DNA of 64,000 nucleotides from an uncultured Anaerolineales bacterium (GTDB lineage Bacteria; Planctomycetota; Phycisphaerae; FEN-1346): NCBI GenBank assembly GCA_964577175.1, contig CAZNYC010000001.1, positions 14,851 to 78,850 of the forward strand, read 5' to 3'. Shown piece by piece: positions 58,554 to 64,000 of this stretch (position 1 is its first letter; each line of letters starts with the position of its first letter). The notes under the pieces were generated by a model. It saw only the letters and a program-made list of their open reading frames with translations, ran no database searches and was not told where the DNA came from. The position numbers and the translations under genes were made by a program.

Positions 58554-60431
58554 ATGGCCGAATTCAACTGGCAGGACAAATACGGCGACCGCATCGGCAC
58601 CGCCCCCGAGGCGATGAAACTCGTCCAGGCCGGCAGCAGCGTCTTCATCGGCTCCGCCTGCGGACAGCCGCAGCACCTCGTGAACGCCCTGGTCGAGCAC
58701 GGCAAGCACATCACCGACGCCCACATCATCCACCTGCTGACGATGGGGTCGGCGCCGTACGCTGACGAGCGGTTCCGCGGCAAGTTCAAACTGAACTCGC
58801 TGTTCGTCGCGGACAACGTCCGCCACGCCCTGGATAAGGGCATCGGCGACTACACGCCGATCTTCCTGTCGGACATCCCGCGCGAGTTCGAGTCGGGACG
58901 CATCCCCATCGACGTGGCCCTGATCAGCGTCTCCCCGCCCGACGCGAACGGCCTGTGCAGCCTGGGCGTGAGCGTGGACATCGTCAAGCCCGCCGCCGCC
59001 AACGCCCGGTACGTCATCGCCCAGGTCAATGCCCACATGCCTCGCACCCTGGGCGACTCCTTTCTCCATGTGAACCAGATCGACATGATGGTGCCCCACG
59101 ACGAGCCGGTCGTCACCGTGCCCATCCGGGAGCCCGACGACACGCTGCGGCGCATCGGGGAGAACATCGCGCGGCTGGTGGACGACGGCAGCACGATCGA
59201 GTGCGGCATCGGCAGCATCCCGCAGGCCCTGGCCGAGTTCCTCCGCGACAAGAAGGAACTGGGCGTCCACACCGAGATGTTCAGCGACTGGATCATCGAC
59301 CTCGTCGAGTGCGGCGCCATCACGTGCACGAAGAAGAACATCAACCACGGCAAGGTCATCGCCAGTTTCTGCATGGGCTCGCAGCGGCTGTACGATTACG
59401 TGGACAACAATCCATTCTTCGAGTTCCATCCGACCCAGTACGTGAACGACCCGTACGTCATCAGCCAGCACGACAAGATGATCGGCATCAACGTGGGGCT
59501 GGAGATCGACCTGACGGGCCAGGTATGCTCCGACTCGCTCGGGTACCGGTTCTACAGCGGCATCGGCGGGCAGGTGGACTTCATCCGCGGCGCCGCCCGC
59601 AGCCGCGAGGGCAAGCCCATCATCGCCATGCCCTCCACCGCCAAGGGCGGCGAGGTGTCGCGCATCGTCCCGCACCTCACCGAAGGCGCCGGCGTCGTCA
59701 CGACCCGCGGCGACGTGCACTACGTGGTCACCGAGTACGGCATCGCGTACCTGCACGGCAAGAGCATCCGGGAGCGGGTGCTCTCGCTCATCAACATCGC
59801 GCACCCGAAATTCCGCAACGACCTCATCCAGTTCGCCAAGCAGCAGATGTACCTGCCCGAGGACCAGGTGGAACTGGCGTGGGAACAGATCCGGTACCCC
59901 GAGGAACTCGAGAAGTACGACACGCTTCGCGACGGCACGCAGGTGTTCTTCCGCCCCATCAAGCCGGCGGACGAACCCGCCCTGGCCGAGATGCTCTACT
60001 CCCTGAGCACCGAGTCGGTGCGGTCGCGGTTCTTCACGGCCACCGTCCGGTTTCCCCACAAGGACGTGCAGAAACTCACGAATATCGATTACAAGAACGA
60101 ACTGGCGATCGTGGGCGTCGTGCCGGGGCCGGGCGAGGAGGAGATCGTCGCCATCGCCCAGTACTTCCTGGACCCGAAGACGGGCGAGGCCGAGATCGCC
60201 TTCATCGTCCAGGACGAATGGCAGAAGAAGGGCATGGGCTCGCTGCTGCTGGACTACCTCGTGCAGACCGCCCGGCAGCGGGGCGTCCGGCGGTTCCGGG
60301 CCCGCGTCCTGCCAAGCAACAAGGCCATGCTCGCCGTCTTCTACAACAGCGGATACCACGTCGAGTCGGATTACGACGGCGAGGCGTACAACCTCGCGAT
60401 GAACCTGGAGCCGCCGAACCGGAAGGGGTGA
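58554..60431 (+). CDS. Acetyl-CoA hydrolase/CoA-transferase family protein fused to a C-terminal GNAT acetyltransferase domain
   Basis: N- and C-terminal AcetylCoA_hydro domains (VFIGSACGQPQHLVNAL; GIGGQVDFIRGA), then a ~150-aa GNAT (acetyl-CoA binding QKKGMGSLLL, RQRGVRRFRARVLPSN). Confidence 0.7.
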   Translation: MAEFNWQDKYGDRIGTAPEAMKLVQAGSSVFIGSACGQPQHLVNALVEHGKHITDAHIIHLLTMGSAPYADERFRGKFKLNSLFVADNVRHALDKGIGDYTPIFLSDIPREFESGRIPIDVALISVSPPDANGLCSLGVSVDIVKPAAANARYVIAQVNAHMPRTLGDSFLHVNQIDMMVPHDEPVVTVPIREPDDTLRRIGENIARLVDDGSTIECGIGSIPQALAEFLRDKKELGVHTEMFSDWIIDLVECGAITCTKKNINHGKVIASFCMGSQRLYDYVDNNPFFEFHPTQYVNDPYVISQHDKMIGINVGLEIDLTGQVCSDSLGYRFYSGIGGQVDFIRGAARSREGKPIIAMPSTAKGGEVSRIVPHLTEGAGVVTTRGDVHYVVTEYGIAYLHGKSIRERVLSLINIAHPKFRNDLIQFAKQQMYLPEDQVELAWEQIRYPEELEKYDTLRDGTQVFFRPIKPADEPALAEMLYSLSTESVRSRFFTATVRFPHKDVQKLTNIDYKNELAIVGVVPGPGEEEIVAIAQYFLDPKTGEAEIAFIVQDEWQKKGMGSLLLDYLVQTARQRGVRRFRARVLPSNKAMLAVFYNSGYHVESDYDGEAYNLAMNLEPPNRKG

Positions 60432-60516
60432 CCGCCCACCGCCCGCAGAACCGTTCTCGCGCGGCGGGTCTCCCGGCCCGCCGCGCGTCTGGCTGACTTA
60501 CACGGTGTCACAGGCC

Positions 60517-60552
60517 AGAACGCACAAAGCCAATTCACGCTGCGAAAACAAG
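60517..60552. terminator. Perfect 10-bp inverted repeat (aagccaattc-N15-gaattggctt) between the convergent CoA-transferase/GNAT and helicase genes; possible bidirectional terminator
   Basis: Seen directly in the sequence. No strong U-tract. Confidence 0.3.
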
Positions 60553-60559
60553 AATTGGC

Positions 60560-62014
60560 TTACGATTCGCTCTCTGTAAGTCGCGTCATACGAAGTAGTT
60601 GTCGGTAGAACCGCACTACGTTTTCGTCACTTCTGACCTCAGTTTCACGAATCGGACGGGCGAGCCGGATATCGTCAAGCGACCGGGCTCGGCTCAGTGC
60701 GACGTAGACCTGACCCGGCGCGAACGCCCTTTGCCCCAAGTCCACAATGACCTTGGACAGGGTCTTACCTTGGGCTTTATGGATTGTGACAGCCCACGCT
60801 AGCATAAGTGGAAGCTGCGTGTATCGGCCCACAACCCGCGCAATGATTCGGTCCTCGGACGGGTCATACTCGTACCTGTACTTATCCCATGTAACGGGGG
60901 CAACCTCAAACGTGCCAGACACGCCGCCCTCTGTAACCTGTACCCATACCGTGCGGGCTTCGATCTGCGCCACCCGGCCCAACGTTCCGTTGACCCACCG
61001 CCTGTTCGAATCATTCTTCGTAAACATGACTTGAGCGCCTGCCTTGAGGGTAAGGTCCATAGGCGCTGGAAGCTTATGCTTACCAATACGGAACTCTCCG
61101 GTGATCCTCCCAACGTACGTCCGCGAGCGCGAGGGCAGATTCGACAACTCCTGCATATTGCGTGCATCTGCCGCGCGGTTCGTACAGGTGAGAACTACTC
61201 CACCGTCCTGTGCCGTGGCACTCGATACGCACCTTGCATTGATTATGCGCAGAGCTTCTGAAACGTTCTGTCCCTTGCGAAGGTCATCGAGCAACGCGAT
61301 GAAGTCCCGATCACGCTGGCGAAACACCCTGCGAAGCAAAATGGGTGCGAGTTGGCACTCGGCTATGCCTTTAGAACCGAAGAAGAAGTCCGTCGAGTAT
61401 CCCATGTTACGAAGCGCCAGCTGTTCATCTCGTGGCGTAACCGGGGGAAGCTGAAAGAGATCGCCGATCAACAGCACTTGCACGCCGCCGAACGGATCCC
61501 CGCTACCTCGGTTCATCCGAAGGAATTTGTCCACTCCATCCAAAACGTCGGGCCTCACCATTGACACCTCGTCAATGATGAGAAGCTCGAGCTTATTGTA
61601 AAGCCGGCGGTCGTAGACTCTCTTAACGTCCTCTGGTTGTATGACTTTTGGCGGCAGGTGAAACAACGAGTGGATTGTCACACCCCCCGCGTTCAGGGCC
61701 GCCACCCCTGTAGGCGCCACAATGGCCATCGGGCAGCGGAGAACATTCCGCAGATAGCGAATCAGCACCGTCTTCCCTGTGCCCGCTCCGCCCGTGATGA
61801 AGATCAGGGAAGCATTTGCTTCGACTAGAGCCTTCGTTTGTGTGTATTCGGGGACAACTTCAATGTCGCTAATGTCTTCGGACAGGGAGATGGACGTGGT
61901 GCCGTTACGCGCGGTTTGTTGCATCGGCGGAGGTGGAGCCACCTCAGCAGCAAGATCGCCTACCTTGACCGGCCTAAGCCCGAGGATTTGGCGTACTACG
62001 TCAATAATGGACAT
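60560..62014 (-). CDS. PIF1/RecD-like SF1B DNA helicase, within a low-GC island
   Basis: ATG at 62014 (MSIIDVV) with GGGGGA 4 nt upstream. Walker A FITGGAGTGKT. Walker B/motif II LLIIDEVSMV. Motif QLPPV. C-terminal HKAQGKT...ALSRA (motifs V-VI). Local GC ~52-55% against ~70% elsewhere. The ORF could extend to 62113. Confidence 0.75.
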   Translation of the reverse strand: MSIIDVVRQILGLRPVKVGDLAAEVAPPPPMQQTARNGTTSISLSEDISDIEVVPEYTQTKALVEANASLIFITGGAGTGKTVLIRYLRNVLRCPMAIVAPTGVAALNAGGVTIHSLFHLPPKVIQPEDVKRVYDRRLYNKLELLIIDEVSMVRPDVLDGVDKFLRMNRGSGDPFGGVQVLLIGDLFQLPPVTPRDEQLALRNMGYSTDFFFGSKGIAECQLAPILLRRVFRQRDRDFIALLDDLRKGQNVSEALRIINARCVSSATAQDGGVVLTCTNRAADARNMQELSNLPSRSRTYVGRITGEFRIGKHKLPAPMDLTLKAGAQVMFTKNDSNRRWVNGTLGRVAQIEARTVWVQVTEGGVSGTFEVAPVTWDKYRYEYDPSEDRIIARVVGRYTQLPLMLAWAVTIHKAQGKTLSKVIVDLGQRAFAPGQVYVALSRARSLDDIRLARPIRETEVRSDENVVRFYRQLLRMTRLTESES

Positions 62015-62177
62015 GATTCCCCCATCTTGGCCTACGCCCTCAGCATGCGTCTGTTGTTTGCCAATGCTGGTGCCGCGGTACCAGCGTAACTTCCAGCACA
62101 ACGGCTCGAACATGGTTTGCGTTAGCGCGGTGGGCCCGGCGATCCCCCGCGCGGAATGCGATTGTAACCTCTTGTCG

Positions 62178-63167
62178 CTACTGGAGATAGGTGCCCTCGA
62201 TGACGCGGACGATCATCGGGGCGAAGATGACCACCACCACCGACAGGAGAATGAGCATCATCGGCACGAGCATCTTGACGGACGCCTCGCCGGCGCGGCG
62301 TTCGGCCCGCATGCTGCGGCGCATCCGAAGCAGGTTGGCCTGGAGTTTGAGGACGTCGGCGAGCGGCGTGCCGAGTTGCTCGGCCTGGAGAATCGCCGAG
62401 ACGATCCCGTCCAGCCCGTCCACGTGGATGCGCTCGCCCAGGTGCGAGAGGGCGTCCTGCCGGCTGCGGCCGAAATCGATCTCGCGGACCAGCATCGCCA
62501 GTTCCTGGTTCAGCGGGTCGTCCGGCTCGTCCTGGATGACGGACTGGCACGCCTCGTAGAACGTGGCGCCGGCGTCCATGGCCATCGCGATGAGGTCCAG
62601 GGTGTACGGCAGGCGTTTCGAGATGGCCCGCAGACGCCGCAGCGCCCGTTCCCGCAGCCACAGGTACGCCGCGAAGAACCCGATGCCGAACCCGACGACC
62701 ACGTACATGACGAAGGCGATAAGCCCCACGCCGCCCAGCAGGAGCATGGTGGCGAACCACATCCCCACACCGCCCACGATGCCCCACACCAGGCACACCA
62801 CGATGTACTCGTCCGGGCTGTACTGGTTCGGATTGCCGAGCGAGAGCAGCAACTGGAGCACGTGCTGCTTGAACCGCGGCACGTTGAGCCGGCGGGCAAG
62901 GTGATACAACGGCACGAGGAGCGGACGAAGGGGTACCACCTCGAACATCGTGCTGCGGTCCACGTTGTCCACGTTGATGCGGAAGACCGACTCGTCGGCC
63001 GTCTCGATCGGCGCGCGGAACAGCGCGGTGACCAGGAAAAACACCGACGCGAAGACGAGCACGTTCATAAGGACGATCAGGACCAGCACGGGGGTACGCC
63101 CTTTCCGAATCGGTGCACGGCACCGGGCGAGCATGTCATTCTGAGGGCCGCTTGCGGCCCGAAGCAT
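62178..63167 (-). CDS. tadC: Type II secretion system F-family protein, Flp/Tad pilus assembly protein TadC-like
   Basis: T2SSF-domain inner-membrane protein. Exact start uncertain (several in-frame Met). Confidence 0.65.
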   Translation of the reverse strand: MLRAASGPQNDMLARCRAPIRKGRTPVLVLIVLMNVLVFASVFFLVTALFRAPIETADESVFRINVDNVDRSTMFEVVPLRPLLVPLYHLARRLNVPRFKQHVLQLLLSLGNPNQYSPDEYIVVCLVWGIVGGVGMWFATMLLLGGVGLIAFVMYVVVGFGIGFFAAYLWLRERALRRLRAISKRLPYTLDLIAMAMDAGATFYEACQSVIQDEPDDPLNQELAMLVREIDFGRSRQDALSHLGERIHVDGLDGIVSAILQAEQLGTPLADVLKLQANLLRMRRSMRAERRAGEASVKMLVPMMLILLSVVVVIFAPMIVRVIEGTYLQ

Positions 63168-63294
63168 CTCGCCGTGGGCTTTGCTTTTCCGCCTTTCGCA
63201 AGGCGAAGATCCTTCGCTTCGCTCAGGATGACACCCTGCGTACTCCCCCTCACCCTACCCTCTCCCGCCGCGGGAGAGGGATACGAAACGGCTC
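63168..63294. repeat. Hairpin-dense repeat element in the tadB-tadC intergenic region
   Basis: Long-range inverted repeat gtcattctgag...ctcaggatgac enclosing the hairpins gggccg-cttg-cggccc and ttcgcaaggcgaa, then a perfect 9-10 bp hairpin ccctctccc-gccgc-gggagaggg. Encodes spurious peptides of the RFAQDDT / VILSEAKDL type. Confidence 0.5.
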
Positions 63295-63996
63295 CTAAAT
63301 CTCGAACGTCACGATCTTGCGAATCCACAGGAACCCCCCCACGTTCAGCAGGACGGCGACGGCCAGCAGCAGCAGGCCCCAGTCGTTATCCGGGCTGAAC
63401 AGGGTGGACACCCACGTGGGCTCGATGAGGTAGTACACGCCCAGGATGGCCGCCGGCATGCACCCCATCATGATGGCCGACAGTTTGTTCTGGGCGGTCA
63501 GGGCCCGGACCTTCTCCTCGAGGCGGACGATCTCGCGGAGCGATTCACCCAGGCGGTCGAGCGTATCCGGCAGGTTCCCGCCGCGCGTCCGGGCCGTCTG
63601 CATCGCCGCGAACAGCAGCCGGTAATGGTGCAACTTGATGCGGGCCGAGGCGCGGCGCATGACCTCGTCCACGCTGGCCCCGTGCTCGAACTCGCGGAGC
63701 ATGAGGCCGAACTCCTGGCTGATGGGGGGCTCGGTGTTCTCCTCGATGAGTTTCATCGACTGCACCAGGTTCAGCCCCGCCCGCATGCCGTTGGAGAGCG
63801 TCACCAGGCCGTCGATCAACTGTTCGTTCAGGCGGTCGCGTCGGCGGCGCTGGAGGACGAAGATGACGAGGCGCGGCACCCACCATCCGACGGCGGCGCC
63901 GGCGGCAAACATGACGAAGAGCCCCAATCCGCCCGCCCCCGCGTTGTAGGCCATCAGGGCCAGGACGACCCCCGCGACCCCCGCCGCCACGAACAT
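63295..63996 (-). CDS. tadB: Type II secretion system F-family protein, TadB-like (start at or beyond window edge)
   Basis: T2SSF domain with N- and C-terminal TM segments. The ORF reaches 63996, 4 nt from the window end. Confidence 0.6.
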   Translation of the reverse strand: MFVAAGVAGVVLALMAYNAGAGGLGLFVMFAAGAAVGWWVPRLVIFVLQRRRRDRLNEQLIDGLVTLSNGMRAGLNLVQSMKLIEENTEPPISQEFGLMLREFEHGASVDEVMRRASARIKLHHYRLLFAAMQTARTRGGNLPDTLDRLGESLREIVRLEEKVRALTAQNKLSAIMMGCMPAAILGVYYLIEPTWVSTLFSPDNDWGLLLLAVAVLLNVGGFLWIRKIVTFEI

Positions 63997-64000
63997 GCCG

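Noticed and set aside
55245-60359. 1,704-aa minus-strand ORF opposite acuC/ACD/CoA-transferase-GNAT
   Set aside because: Antisense low-complexity translation across three well-supported plus-strand genes.
61779-63398. 539-aa plus-strand ORF opposite tadC
   Set aside because: Antisense; His/Arg-rich with no motif. TadC has a T2SSF domain.
1-64000. CRISPR arrays, tRNA/rRNA genes, integrase or prophage modules
   Set aside because: No regularly spaced direct repeats were seen, no tRNA-like cloverleaf/T-loop sequence turned up in the intergenic spacers I inspected, and there are no integrase/recombinase or phage structural genes. The only mobile-element trace is the 64-aa RAYT remnant.

Overview
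This is a high-GC (~70%) bacterial chromosome segment. The gene content, including a giant surface protein with ELWxxDGT repeats and a dockerin, sulfatase/GH127/sialidase genes, nqr and tad pilus genes, suggests Planctomycetota or a similar lineage; that assignment is inference. The first 17.4 kb is the 3' part of one gene for a >5,765-aa multi-domain surface protein. It carries RTX-type Ca-binding repeats, PPC domains, FG-GAP beta-propellers, MAM-like domains, ELWxxDGT repeats, LRR, PKD and a C-terminal dockerin. Downstream lies a 4-gene operon with ATGA-overlapping genes, headed by a fusion of a radical SAM domain and an ArsM-type As(III) SAM-methyltransferase, followed by DUF547, TVP38/DedA and a pyridine-nucleotide-disulfide oxidoreductase. 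Nearby are a His-rich repeat lipoprotein, a transglutaminase-like lipoprotein and a DUF2064-GT2 fusion of the kind associated with rSAM proteins. Together these look like an organo-arsenical biosynthesis locus (arsenosugar or arsenolipid like), and I rate this the most interesting part. The remaining genes on the minus strand are a sulfatase-GH127-sialidase glycan-degradation operon, two small membrane proteins (one interrupted at a G7 tract), a C-terminal remnant of an IS200/RAYT-type Y1 transposase, and a complete nqrABCDEF operon whose NqrA keeps two intact RnfC-type 4Fe-4S motifs. Further along are a secreted beta-propeller protein with three CxxCH heme motifs plus FN3 and LamG domains, flanked by inverted REP-like repeats, then manC, an OFA-family MFS transporter, and an acetyl-CoA/protein-acetylation cluster (acs, isochorismatase, kinase, acuC, ADP-forming acyl-CoA synthetase, and a CoA-transferase fused to GNAT). 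The window ends with a low-GC (~52-55%) island holding a PIF1/RecD-like helicase, then tadC and tadB. No rRNA, tRNA or CRISPR arrays were seen. Several long antisense ORFs are artefacts of GC content.
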